Shown piece after piece: positions 51,815 through 64,000 of a DNA stretch of 64,000 nt. This DNA comes from Octopus vulgaris. Lineage: Eukaryota. The notes below the pieces were generated by a model, which worked only from the letters and a program-made list of their open reading frames with translations, searched no databases and was not told the origin of the DNA. Numbering within the stretch: the stretch's first letter is position 1; every line of letters begins with the position of its first letter. The DNA lies in NCBI GenBank assembly GCA_951406725.2, contig OX597825.1:74090001-74154000 (forward strand), given 5' to 3'. Made by a program: the position numbers and the translations under genes.

Positions 51815-52880
51815 ATTTCAGAGGTTAGAAGGAGCGGGTATAAAACATAGCTATTTCATAGTAGAGAACTCGGATATGCTGATGAGTGTCTCAGAGAGGT
51901 AGGGAGAGTGAGAGAGACAGATAGTCAGATAAAGAGACCTACATACAAATACGAATTTCAGTGGATATTTGAGGGAGCGAAAGTCTAGGTACATTTGGCT
52001 ACCTGTTTCAGGTAAGTGAACCCGGTATGCATTAGATTGTTCCGAAATAAACCGAATGGGTATGAAGATTTCAGAGGTGCGAAAATGGAAGCACTCCGTC
52101 GGTTACGACGACGAGGGTTCCGGTTGATCCGAATCAACGGAACAGCCTGCTCGTGAAATTAACGTGTAAGTGGCTGAGCATTCCACAGATACGTTTACTC
52201 TTAACGTAGTTCTCGGGGATATTCAGCGTGACACAGAGAGTGACAAGCCGGCCCTTTGAAATACAGGTACAACAGAAACAGGAAGTAAGAGTGAGAGAAA
52301 GTTGTGGTGAAAGAGTACAGCAGGGATCACCACCATCCCTGCCGGAGCCACATGGAGCTTTAGGTGTTTTCGCTCAATAAACACTCACAACGCCCGATCT
52401 GGGAATCGAAACCGCGATCCTATGACCGCGAGTTCGCTGCCCTAACCACTGGGCCATTGCGCCTCCACAGAGGTGCGAAAACGGGTATGCGGATAGGAGA
52501 GCACGGGAACGCAGCTCGATATTTCAGGAGACGGAACGCGGGTATGCAGTGAGGCAGTTGAGAGAAGAGAGAGGGCGGTTTACAGTCAGTGCTTTGAGAA
52601 GAGAGCGAGCAGGTATGCAGATAACAATTTCAGTGAATTAAAATCAGTATGCTGCAAGCTATTTCAAACAGGTGAAAGCGGGTATATTGATAGCTATTTT
52701 CAATGAAGTGAATGCTAGTAACCAGATAGATTTTTTTTCAGAGAAGAGAAAATGAATATAACTGATTCAGAAATGAGAAAGTGGGTATTGAGTTAGCTAT
52801 TTCTGAGGGAAAAAAAAGCGGGTATTCAGAAGGAGAAAATAAAAAGAGAAAACGGGTATGCTGCTGGCTATTTCAGCGTA
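51815..52880. repeat. Degenerate ~40-bp tandem repeat, interrupted by a SINE
   Basis: Recurring CGGGTATGC..GCTATTTCAG motifs. Confidence 0.7.
52086..52467 (-). mobile_element. tRNA SINE, Meta-like core with tail Y
   Basis: 14-bp TSD CAGAGGTGCGAAAA at 52072 and 52468; very similar to the 34814 copy. Confidence 0.93.
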
Positions 52881-53047
52881 ATATTAATTAAATACGAAGA
52901 AAAGGAGTAATAAGAAAAACTTGAACAACGTCCATTGACTATGAAAAAAGGGTCAGATATATTATTATGTAAAGATAAGCTATGTCAGAATGTGACGTCA
53001 TAATTGCTTAGGAAATAAGTGGTGACAAAGGTAGTAGACACAGACAC

Positions 53048-53090
<43 letters not shown>

Positions 53091-53170
53091 CAAGTTTTTC
53101 AGAGACATATATTGAAAGGAAGAGCAACTGAGAATAATACTTGACTTTAGTTTTCAATAAATGCATTCAT

Positions 53171-53241
<71 letters not shown>

Positions 53242-53242
53242 A

Positions 53243-53457
53243 TTCTCTCTTACTCTTTTACTTGTTTCAGTAATTTCACTGCGGCCATGCTGGAGCACGG
53301 CCTTTAGTCGAAGGAATCTACCCCAGAACTTATTTTTTGTAAGCCTAGTACTTTATCAGTCTCTTTTTGCCGAACCACTAAGTTTCAGGGACGTAAACAC
53401 AGCGTCGGTTGTCAAGCGATGTTGGGGAGACAAACACAGACAGAAACATATACATAC

Positions 53458-53512
<55 letters not shown>

Positions 53513-53674
53513 ACGGGCTTCTTTCACTTTCCGGCTACCAAATCCTCTCACATGGTTTTGGTCGGCCCAAGGCTATAGTAGAAGACAATTGCCCAAGGTC
53601 CCATGCAGTGGGACTGAACCTGGAACCATGTGGTTCGTAAGCAAGCTACTTACCACACAGCCACTCCTACGCCT
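53243..53674 (-). mobile_element. SINE family C, full length with expanded internal (TA)n
   Basis: Homology to other copies. Confidence 0.9.
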
Positions 53675-53708
<34 letters not shown>

Positions 53709-53712
<4 letters not shown>

Positions 53713-53897
53713 AATATTAGGGAATAAATCCAAATTTACAGGGAAAAATCAGATTTAGGATTGAATCCAATTTTATAGTAAAATATTATATTATATTAGA
53801 GACAAAACCACTAAAATAATTTATATAAATTATTTTATGTATTGGCTTAAGTTTTTCTTTGTTTGATTTGCATAATAGTGGTTTTGTCTCTAATATA

Positions 53898-53902
<5 letters not shown>
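53709..53902. mobile_element. Short (TA)n-embedded element with terminal inversion; relative at 59620-59770
   Basis: ATATTAGAGACAAAACCACTA and TAGTGGTTTTGTCTCTAATAT are inverted; the family recurs at 59620-59770. Confidence 0.75.
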
Positions 53903-53938
<36 letters not shown>

Positions 53939-53964
53939 ATATATATATATATATATACATATAA

Positions 53965-54007
<43 letters not shown>

Positions 54008-54535
54008 AAGAAAGAGAGATAGTGATGCAAATGAACACAATTTGGCCTGATATATAATGTATACATATGTAAATATGTATAGGGATACATGCAGAGAAAC
54101 AAAACCTGAAAGTATTCAGAAAATGAACACTCGTGTATAAGCGTGTATATATTTATAAGTTAACTCAATAAATTTAGATACTACAAAAAATATAGAAATC
54201 TAAGCGGAGAGGGCATTGTATTTCAGGTCCGACAACTGTTTCTGGGTTCTCGGAATTATGTAATGGTTGTAATGTTAGCAGATGGAGTGTGCAAAAATTC
54301 AAGGATATGCAACCAGTAGTGAATGCATATAAGCATTGCCGTAAAGCCGGCCTCTATCTTCAAGGTGGAAAAATTGGTAACTACCTGACCTCGTGTATTT
54401 CACTTTTTGCCCGCCTTACACTCTTGCAAAAAATACAAATTAAATTCTATCTCCATAAAAAATCCCCTGCGGAAAGTTTCTTTTAAGATAGAGTGTTGGC
54501 GGCAAGATATATATGTGCACGCGTGTGTGTGTGTT

Positions 54536-54590
<55 letters not shown>

Positions 54591-55582
54591 CTTTATGTGT
54601 TTTGTTTGTTTTCCCTAAAAATTGTGGATCAGCAAAAGAAAGTGATAAATTAAGTACCAGACGTGTGAAAAAAATAAGTATTCGGATCGATCTATTTGAC
54701 TAAACCCTCGAAAGCGGTGCCCCAGCATTGGCTGAATCCAATGATATAAGCAAGTAAAAAAGAAAAGACTCCCCAACAAAAGTAGATGACGTCATTCATA
54801 AAAAATATTCTATTGGATTGAAGTGAGCTGACGTGTGACGTTTTGGACAAAATCTTTCTTCAAAACTTCCAAACTCACACTTTCACCCATTAGCCGAGGC
54901 AAATATCATGAATTATATTAAATTAGTACCTACAAATTACTTGGAAAAATCTATTCTTCCTGATATCATTTCCATTTTATGCTGGAATTACTATATAATG
55001 AGACATTAGTTTATAGAGAGATCACATCTCTTAAGATTAATGCAAACGCTGCTGACAGGAATCCAGCAATCAGGAAATTGTGCGATCTCCTAACTGTTGT
55101 CGGAATTATATTTAGAATGCGATTATTTAAAGACTCCAGCCGATTATTAATTCACTGCAATCAACACGGCAGTGTCAAAACTCATTGTTTCAACGGTAAA
55201 TCGACATGAATTCGTTATATTTGTTACCATATTTCTGTTGGAATTCGTTGCAATTGTTTCAATAAATTTAAAAGATAATGAAGAATTTAGAATTATATAA
55301 TGAGGAATTAAGTAGAACATACCATTAATGAATTAAACATTAAGTTTCAATGAATAGTTACAATTTATATCTTAGAAGCAGAAGCGGTTTTAAGCGGTTG
55401 AGTATCAAAAACGGTGATAAATTTTGTTACATGTAGTCTCATATAACTTATATATATACGTATTAAACAGTGAATTCTTGGGATATGTTGTAGAACTTTA
55501 GATAGTTTGGGGTATGAATCTTTCATAGATCTCCAAACCTTCGTCCTAGAACTGCCCAGTTGTGCCTTTTATAAATGTACAG

Positions 55583-55898
55583 TACTCTCACTCTTTACTC
55601 TTTTACGCTTTTACTTGTATCAGTCATTTGATTGCTGCCATGCTGGAGCACCGCCTTTAGGCGACCAAATCGACCCCAGGACTTATTCTTTGTAAGCCTA
55701 GTACTTATTCTATCAATCTTTTTTACTGAACCGCTAAGTTACGGAGACGTAAACACACCAGCATCGGTTGTCAAGCGATGTTGGGAGGGGGAAACACAGA
55801 CACACAAATACACACACATATATATACATATACATATATACGACGGGGTTCTTTCAGTTTCCGTCTACCAAATCCACTCACAAGGCTTTCGTCGGTCC
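55583..55898 (-). mobile_element. SINE family C, head missing, abutting the LINE
   Basis: Homology ends abruptly at the LINE junction. Confidence 0.88.
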
Positions 55899-57558
55899 CT
55901 TGATCTCTCTTTCCCTTTCTTTTCTGGTCTTTACGTACCTGGTGCCAAACGCTCCCAGCTTCCTTACCACAAGCTTCCATCATTTCATGAATCTTTCTCG
56001 TAACAGGTACCTCTTCTCCAGCCTCGTCACTATGCTTCTCACACGCGTCTTCCATGCTGTTTCTTTCAATATGGCTACTACGCAGAAAAAGCAAGCCTTC
56101 CTTTCCTTGTTAGACTCAGCTGATAGCTGTACTCTTCCCATCGATGACAACAGTTTTTCTGTGAAAGCTGTCAGTCCCGTTAATTCCGGACATTCCACAA
56201 ATGCATGTAAGACGGTTTCCCTTACCCGCCCGCACCTTGGACACGTCGGCGAGACGGCACTTCCGTGCCTTGACAGCTTATTACGAACAGGTAATGCTGC
56301 ACGGAAGTACTGCCAAGCCAGGGATTTCTGGTAATTATCTAGGCACCCCGGCCCGAAAGGTCGATCTACTGATATTTATCGTAGGCCAGGGTCTCCCCCA
56401 AGGCGTCTTCGGACATAAATTCCACTAACCTGCTGTACGAATCAGCGGTGGAACTCCTAGTGCCGGCATTGCCCGTCCGAGAGAGTAGCTGAAGTGCCTG
56501 GTGGCACTCCAAATGCCAGTCCCTCAGTCTAGGTCTCTGCTTGATCCATTTACCGATATCCGTTAAGGACGTTAACTGCGGAAGGTAGAGCCGGACGTGC
56601 GGTGACCACACCTGCTCTCCATCCAGGTAAAGCCAGATGTACCTCAACCTTAACGCGAGTTTTCGCATTCTCAGCCAAGGCATCCCTAGCCCACCCTTTA
56701 GCGGTTTCTGGCAGCAGACAGCGTTTCACAAGTGGCTTTCCCACATTCCACAAAAAGCGGAAAAGGATTCTCTCCAACTTGTTCAACCACAAATCGGGGC
56801 AAGGCACCACGGTCAGACGTAGTTGATAACCGATGTTATAAACATCTGCACCACCTCTGCCTTTCCTAGCAAGGACAGCGCCCGCCCAGACCATGTCTGG
56901 GTTAGAGCAGTTACCTTGCTGGTCACTTCACTCCAATTTTTCTCTATCTGGAGGCCTGGCCCAAACCAGACTCCAAGCAGTTGAACAGGACCTTCCTTCC
57001 AACGCCCCACGACGTTATTGGACGGCATCGGCTTGCCCCTCCAGGTGCAGAGTTGCAAACCAACCGATTTGTCCTTGTTAACCTTTGCTCCAGCCACTGC
57101 CTCGTAACATTTCATGGCCTCCTCCACCACTGGAAGCTGGCCCTCATCCGTCACGATGATGAAGATATCATCTGCATACACCGTAGATCCACTTCCACAC
57201 CATAGATCATGCGGTGCGCCCCCTAGTGCCTCCAACTTCCGCAGTAATGGCGCGAGAACCAACACGTACAAAATCGGAGACAGGGGAGACCCCTGACGCG
57301 CTAACCGCTCGATCCTGAATGGCTTCGAAAGGAAAACATTCACTTTTACGACAGACTCGATATCGCTGTACAACGAAGCACTCCAACCGCGGAAGGTCGG
57401 CCCAGGCCAGCCTTCTCGAGGACTGCCGCTAAGTACCGATGGTCAACCCTATCAAATGCCTTAGACTGGTCTAAATGTACCAGTAGCCCCCTGCGCCAGA
57501 AAGCTTCCCTACCTTCTCTAAGGAGTAGCTTATAAGGTGGAGATTGTCGCGGATCGTC

Positions 57559-57560
<2 letters not shown>
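55899..57560 (-). mobile_element. 5'-truncated L1/Tx1-clade LINE ORF2 (RT + CCHC), pseudogenised
   Basis: RTIRDNLHLI, LDQSKAFDRVDH, RQGSPLSP, YADD, LGVWF, TCPRCG..ETVLHAFVEC; frameshifts; 5' end abuts (TC)n. Confidence 0.93.
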
Positions 57561-57591
<31 letters not shown>

Positions 57592-58199
57592 AGTGACTCA
57601 GCGACGTCAAATAAGCGGCGCCAAAACAGTTTTACTAAAAGCTCTCGTACTCATTGTGTGAAGTCATTTAATTTTGGTTTAACCTTTCACATCGGGCAAT
57701 CGCCAATAAGCGAGTTATCGAAAATATATCGATAGACAGTAATCAATACTAATCAAATATGTTTATTTTACCGTTTAATAAAACAAAAAAAAAAAAATAA
57801 ATGTAAATTTGTCACAATTTTTTTTTAGTAAAATGACATATTCAGAATTAATTAATATACTTCAAGAGTTAAAACTATTAACATGAAAATTAATTTTAAG
57901 TAGATAAAGTAACAAAATAATGACATTATCAACGTACTGTTACTTTGTCTTGAAATGGTTTTTGAAGTTTTCCCGTATTATCACTGATTATCTGAAATAA
58001 AAGGAAAGTTAATTATTAATATGAAATTGCAATTCATTAAAATTTTTTTTGGAGATTTTAATTAAAAAGTATTTCAAACATAAGCACATTTCAAAAATTT
58101 GTAATTCGAATATTTTTGAAATCGATTTAAAAATTATTAAAATCTTTATTTAATATAATAATAATGGCAGTCGTAAAAGACAGCTTAAACAGGACATAA

Positions 58200-58690
58200 T
58201 TCTGTCGGTGGAATAGAAGAGTGAAGCTTGAAGTCCTGTCAGTGGAATAACAGGAGTAATAAATCGGGTTAGTTTAGTACTGCCGATCGAATAGTAGAGA
58301 AAATACTATACTGGGCTAACCTATCCCTGTCGATAGACTAGCAGAGGGTGTAATAAATCAAGCTAATATGCTCCTGCCGATGGAATAGCAAGCGGAGTGA
58401 TAAACTGAGCCAACCTGACAATAGAATAGCAGTGGGAATCAAATTTTAGGCTAGCTCACCCCTGTCAGTGGAATTGCAGAAAGAATATATCCGGCTAACA
58501 CATGCCAGTCAGTGGAATAGCAAAGGGAGTAGTAAACTTGGTTTACTTACTCCTGTCAGTAGTAAAGTTGAGGAAATATTAAATCGGATGAATATACTCA
58601 ATCGGTGGGATAGCAAAGGGAGTAATCTATTATGCTTAGTTACTCATGTTGGTGTTATAATTAATGCCCACGGTGGCGGAGTATCAAAAG
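58200..58690. repeat. Old ~45-bp minisatellite
   Basis: About 10 recurrences of a CCTGTCAGTGGAATAGCA-like motif with related intervening sequence. Confidence 0.75.
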
Positions 58691-59254
58691 CAGAAATAAA
58701 TTAAGCTGTTAGCGTTTGAGTTTTTTATGCTCAGAATGTAAACCGCGTTGTTGAACCTGAGTTTCGAAATCTATTTATCGTATGTTTTTTCCGCTATAAG
58801 TTTTTAGCCCGAAATATATTTCAGAAGAATACATTATAGTATATAAATTACACGTTAATAGAGTCATCTAATCAACTATCCACCCATCTAATTTAGTAAC
58901 TAGCCAGCCAACCACCCGACCAATCATGCTCCTATGTGATCAATTACCGACCCATCTGTCTGTCTTAACAGCCATTAAGAAAATGTAAAGAAAAGCACGA
59001 ATCATCGTCTATCTAGTTAATATTATGAGTGCAGCCATGATCGTATGGTTAAAGAGATCACTTCGAAACTATCTGGCATTAGGATCGATCCCAGTTAGTA
59101 GCACCTTGAGTAAGTGTCAGTCAGTCTAGTGAAATCACAGATCGGTGAATTTTCGAGGTCAACCCTTCATTGTAAAATATGATGCTCTACATAAATGTAA
59201 TGAGTGAGCATTCAATTAGTGTTTGCTTTTATACATAACTATAAAAAGGGATAA

Positions 59255-59463
59255 ACGTCGCCCTTTTCAAGCCTAGCCAGGCTCATGGGTCAGGTTTCCC
59301 GGTTTCTGTGGCGTATGTATCCCCCCCCCCCCCCCCAGCTGGACGGGACGCTAGTCCATCGCAGGGTTACTCAAGAAATAGGAAGAGAGAATGAGAGAAA
59401 GTTGTGGCGAAAGAGTACAACAGTGGTCGCCACCACCCCCTGCCGGAGCCTCGCGGAGCTTAC
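59255..59463 (-). mobile_element. Meta-like SINE with tail X, head missing
   Basis: Homology to 7121-7431. Confidence 0.85.
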
Positions 59464-59767
59464 AGCGAGAGAAATAAAGGGAAAGAGAGAGAGAGAGAAC
59501 GACAAAGAGAGAGACATATATAAATACACATATATATATATACACACACATACATACATACATACATAATTTTAATAATTTTGTTATATATTTAAATAAT
59601 ATAAATTAAATAATCTTATATATTGGCTTAAGTTTTTCATTGTATGATTTGCCTAATAGTGGTTTTATCTCTAATTTAATATAATATAATATTTTACTAT
59701 AACATTGGATTCAATCCTAAATCTGATTTTTCCCTGTAAGTTTGGATTTATTCCCTAGTATTTATTA

Positions 59768-59849
<82 letters not shown>

Positions 59850-59942
59850 CATGTATATACAGAAACGTAACGTACGCATATATATAATCATATACATGTA
59901 CACACACACACTTATAGTTATATATGTGCAGAACACAGAAAT

Positions 59943-59994
<52 letters not shown>

Positions 59995-60683
59995 GTTCAC
60001 TCATACATACATGTATATATGTGTGTGTGTGTGTGTATGTATATATACATGTATATAAAATTGAACTTGGTGTGAAAGAATGTAGAATCTATTTGAATTG
60101 TTCAGTAATGAATGCTCAATAAGTTGGCCTTTATACATAAACTTCAAAAAGAAAAGAAAAAAATTTAAATAAAACGATAATTCAAACATTGTTAATATGT
60201 CTAACGTTACGTTTTGCTATGAAAGGTTTGAAAAATATCCTATGTAAAATCACAATGCAAAAAAATTAATGATTTATAACCGTCTTTGTAAGATTGAACA
60301 TCGTTTTAATCATAAGATAATAGGAGAACACATAATTAAAACTGTAAATAGCTTTCATTTGTTGTATAGACGTTAATTGATATTACTGTAAAGATAATGC
60401 AAGAGATGTTAGGCGCTATCAATATCTTACATACTTCGTTAACTTAAACATGTTTTAATGATAAAGTATTGATGCTGAAATTACATTTCGCTTCACAACG
60501 TAGTGTTCATTTGCATTTGACAGGATGTAATCATCATACAACGGCTTCCGACTTAAAATTATATACTATACTATACTTATAGATCGATATATAAATTTTG
60601 TTAAGGAAAAGTAATTTGTCTGGCTGAATTTAAACAACGCTGTTCTAAATACAATACATACATATATACATACATATGTATAC

Positions 60684-60722
<39 letters not shown>

Positions 60723-60878
60723 AAGGCGCACACACATGTTATACACACTCACATATGTGTACATATATATAATTGCATTGTGTGTATGTATATACTTATA
60801 TATATATTTGCATATTTATAAATACATTTACTAATAACAAAAAAAATAATAATCATAATATGATAATGTTTTTGTTAC

Positions 60879-60927
<49 letters not shown>

Positions 60928-61278
60928 GTTGTTGTTGTTGTTGTCGTGTTGTTATTTGTGTGATTATCATTATTATTGTTGTTAGCATTAAAAAGAAACG
61001 AATAGTTAAACAAGATATTATTTACGGCACAAGAAAAATATATGGAATTAAAACAAAAAACAAATATATATATATATATACATATAAATATATATATATA
61101 CATATAAATATATATATATACATATAAATATATATATATATACATATAAATATATATATATATATATATATACATACATACACATATATATATATACATA
61201 CATACATATATATACATTACATATATATACATACATACATATATATACATGCATATATACATATACATACATATAAAT

Positions 61279-61329
<51 letters not shown>

Positions 61330-61409
61330 GGTGTGTGTCTGTGTGTGTGTGTGTGTGTGTGGAAAAAAGTAAAGGTAGAAAATGCTAAAATAATTTTATA
61401 AAAAAAAAA

Positions 61410-61450
61410 TTCAGTACCGGTTTCAGTCAATGAGACGTTTTCAACTGTAA
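61410..61450 (-). ncRNA. Hammerhead-like motif with divergent core
   Basis: CAG-TTGAAAA-C-GTC..GAC-T-GAAAC-CG-GTA-CTG. Confidence 0.4.
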
Positions 61451-61559
61451 CTATGGAAAATAATTAAATTTGGAAAAATTAAAAGAAAAGTTTTTTAAAA
61501 GAATATTTGTATAGTGTTCAAATACAAGTGGCATTTTCCTTGTCTCTGTCTCTCTTGTT

Positions 61560-61620
<61 letters not shown>

Positions 61621-61630
<10 letters not shown>

Positions 61631-61734
61631 TCTCTCTCATCTGCGTACAAATGCAATTAAATCAGATTTAATATGTATATATTTATATTCTCTCTCATCT
61701 ACGTACAAATGCAATTAAATCAAATTTAATATGT
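61621..61734. repeat. 58-bp tandem duplication
   Basis: ATATTTATATTCTCTCTCATCT..TTTAATATGT twice (61621, 61679). Confidence 0.9.
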
Positions 61735-62126
61735 AAATAAAGTTGATTGAGCGTTTTCGATTTTCTTTAAAAAATATATTCTTTGAGTTTATTGATCTTT
61801 ACGTTATTATGCAGATTTACTAGTAGAAGTACTTACAGCCAGACTTATGAAAATATTGAAATAAATCTTGAAATAAATATTGAAATAAATTAATGGCGAG
61901 GAAGTAATACAATGTTGCTTAATTACAAGAAATAATTAATGATTTCTGAAACAGGCTATGGTCAAATGAGTAGGATGGATGACCAATCGATTGTAGTGAT
62001 CTCACTAACCGATTGGAGTTCAGTTTTATTGATACCTGAATGATAAATAGCGAAGTTGAGCTCGTGTGATTCGAACTCAAAATGTGAGCAATCGGATGCA
62101 TATTTTGTTACAAATATTTTCAGTTG

Positions 62127-62362
62127 AAGGTGGCGAGCTAGCAGAAACGTTAGGACGAAGGGCGAAATTCTTAGAGGTATTTCGTCTGCCGTTACGTTCT
62201 GAGTTCAAATTCCGCCGAGGTCGACTTTGCCGTTCATCCTTTTCGGAGTCGATTAAATAAGTACCAGTTACGCACTGGGGTCGATGTAATCGAGTAAATC
62301 TCTTTGTCTCTCCTAGTTTGTCCCCTCTATGTTTAGCCCGTTGTGGGCAATAAAAAAAATAT
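62127..62362 (+). mobile_element. SINE family N
   Basis: Full-length homology. Confidence 0.9.
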
Positions 62363-62965
62363 TTCGAGTTGAGATATTTAGGGACAGGAGGTTAGCCGGT
62401 TGAATTCATTTCAGTGTTTGACTAGTACGTTATTGTATCGCTCCCGGAAGGTGGTAAAATCAAAATTGGCCGTGTTCTGATTTGAGCTCAGAGCGGTAAT
62501 ATCTTGCAAAGACACAACAACTGATATTTGAGATTATATCAACTCTGTATTTGATAAGTACTTTATTATTTCAGCCCTTGGATAATGAAATGCAAGCTGA
62601 CCTAGCAGGATTTGAACCGAGAACGTAAAAATCCGGACGCAAGGTATTTTGTCCGACTTTCTAACGATTCTACTCACCCACAATCTCACGCCATATAAAT
62701 TGTTTGTAATGTAAGCTAAAAGATCTGATGTTTTATACGGCCGAAATTCGCATAACCTTTTGAATGTAGCTGTTCATATTTGTAATGTCAACGAGATTCT
62801 CATGTCTCACACATCCAAAAGAAATGTACCGTAATCGAGATTAAAATATTTATTATTCGATTCATCAACCAACATAATAATAAACAAGTTCCATATGCAT
62901 AGGTCCAAGTAACGAATGCAAGCTACATGTACACGGAAGTTTTGATGTGTGTTATGTAAAATATG

Positions 62966-63690
62966 TGTGGAGGCGCAATGGCCCATTCGTTAGGGCAGCG
63001 GACTTGCGGTCGGAGTAACGCTGTTTCGATTCCCAGACCGGGCGTTGCGTGTGTTTATTGAGCGAAAACAAAGCTCCACGAGGCCCCGGCAGGGAGTGGA
63101 AGCGGCCCCTGGGATCTTTTCGGTTTGAACGGCAGTTTTCCTAGCGTGTCATATGAAATTGTCACCCATAATTATGACCCTAGTATCGATCTATTGCATT
63201 TCAATCTAATTTAGGGTTAGGGGTGGGGGAAGGGTATCTTTTTTTCTTCACAAATGTAAATAAACCCAATCTGCTTCGTAAACGAGGGACAAATTCATAC
63301 GGCACAGAATGTTTTTAACTCAATGGACGTCATCGATTGGTTGAAATTACAGAAATTGAAGAAAAAAGCCCGCAAATATCTTACAAACTATAGAATTTTC
63401 TCAATAAAGCCAAGAGAAAACGATGTTTTCTAAACACATTCTACCAGTATACGAAGTTTAAAATTTTTTAGTAACCTAAAAATTAGTTTAAAAACTGCCG
63501 TTCAAACCGAAAAGATCCGGCCCCTGTTATACTCTTTCGCCCCAACTTTCTCTCACTCTTTCTTCCTGTTTCTTGGATAACGTTGCGATGGACTGGCGTC
63601 TTGTCCAGCTGGGGGGAACAAATACGCCACAGAAACCAGGAAACTAGGCCCATGAGACTGGCTAGGCTTGATAAGGGCGCATAAATAATA
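62966..63690 (+). mobile_element. Meta-like SINE with tail X, split by a MITE
   Basis: Head at 62966; body resumes at 63519. Confidence 0.88.
63112..63518. mobile_element. 407-bp MITE with 28-bp perfect TIR and 8-bp TSD
   Basis: TIR GGATCTTTTCGGTTTGAACGGCAGTTTT; TSD GGCCCCTG at 63104-63111 and 63519-63526. Confidence 0.95.
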
Positions 63691-64000
63691 AATAAAATGT
63701 TAAATATGTAATTGTTTAACGTCAAATTGTCTAATCCGTTTTTTTGCTAAGGATTTCGATTTGTGGCTAAACCATTAATAATTTCGGTTGTGTCTTAACC
63801 CAAGGTTAGCCCAGGTCAGACAGATTTTTGAACAAGGATATCTCAGCTGTAACTATTACTTCTCTATTTCAAACATACTGTATATAGCCTACATTATTCA
63901 ATGCATTTTAACTGCTTTAAAAAAAACCCATCATATGTGACTGGAGAATTATTTGACTGCTGTTTCTGGAAGGTAAGCCAGCTATACAGATGATTAGTTG

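Noticed and set aside
54225-54370. GAAAC-AGTT-GTC half hammerhead on the minus strand
   Set aside because: No convincing CUGANGA or stem II partner.
58200-58690. CRISPR-like repeat-spacer appearance
   Set aside because: Repeats are degenerate, the spacers resemble each other, no cas genes are present and the context is eukaryotic.

Overview
AT-rich, repeat-saturated eukaryotic non-coding DNA, most likely octopus/cephalopod (inferred from tRNA-derived SINE families with CORE-, Meta-like and Nin/Deu-like central domains and very dense TA/TATC/TAA microsatellites). I see no credible host protein-coding exon; the ORF-track entries are mostly microsatellite or SINE read-through, plus a few transposon remnants. 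The window holds many SINEs, decayed Penelope-like elements (PLEs), R4/Dong-like, Tx1/L1 and RTE LINE fragments, mariner and maT (DD37D) remnants, two non-autonomous Helitrons, a MITE and several minisatellites. The most notable hidden signal is about 14 type-I minimal hammerhead-ribozyme motifs (CUGANGA...GAAAC-palindrome-GUH) with unrelated stems. Many sit in short inverted-repeat elements inside (TA)n tracts. One lies in a TSD-bounded element combining a tRNA/Pol III head, a microsatellite and a hammerhead tail with an inverted 5' copy, a candidate Penelope-mobilised, ribozyme-bearing SINE.
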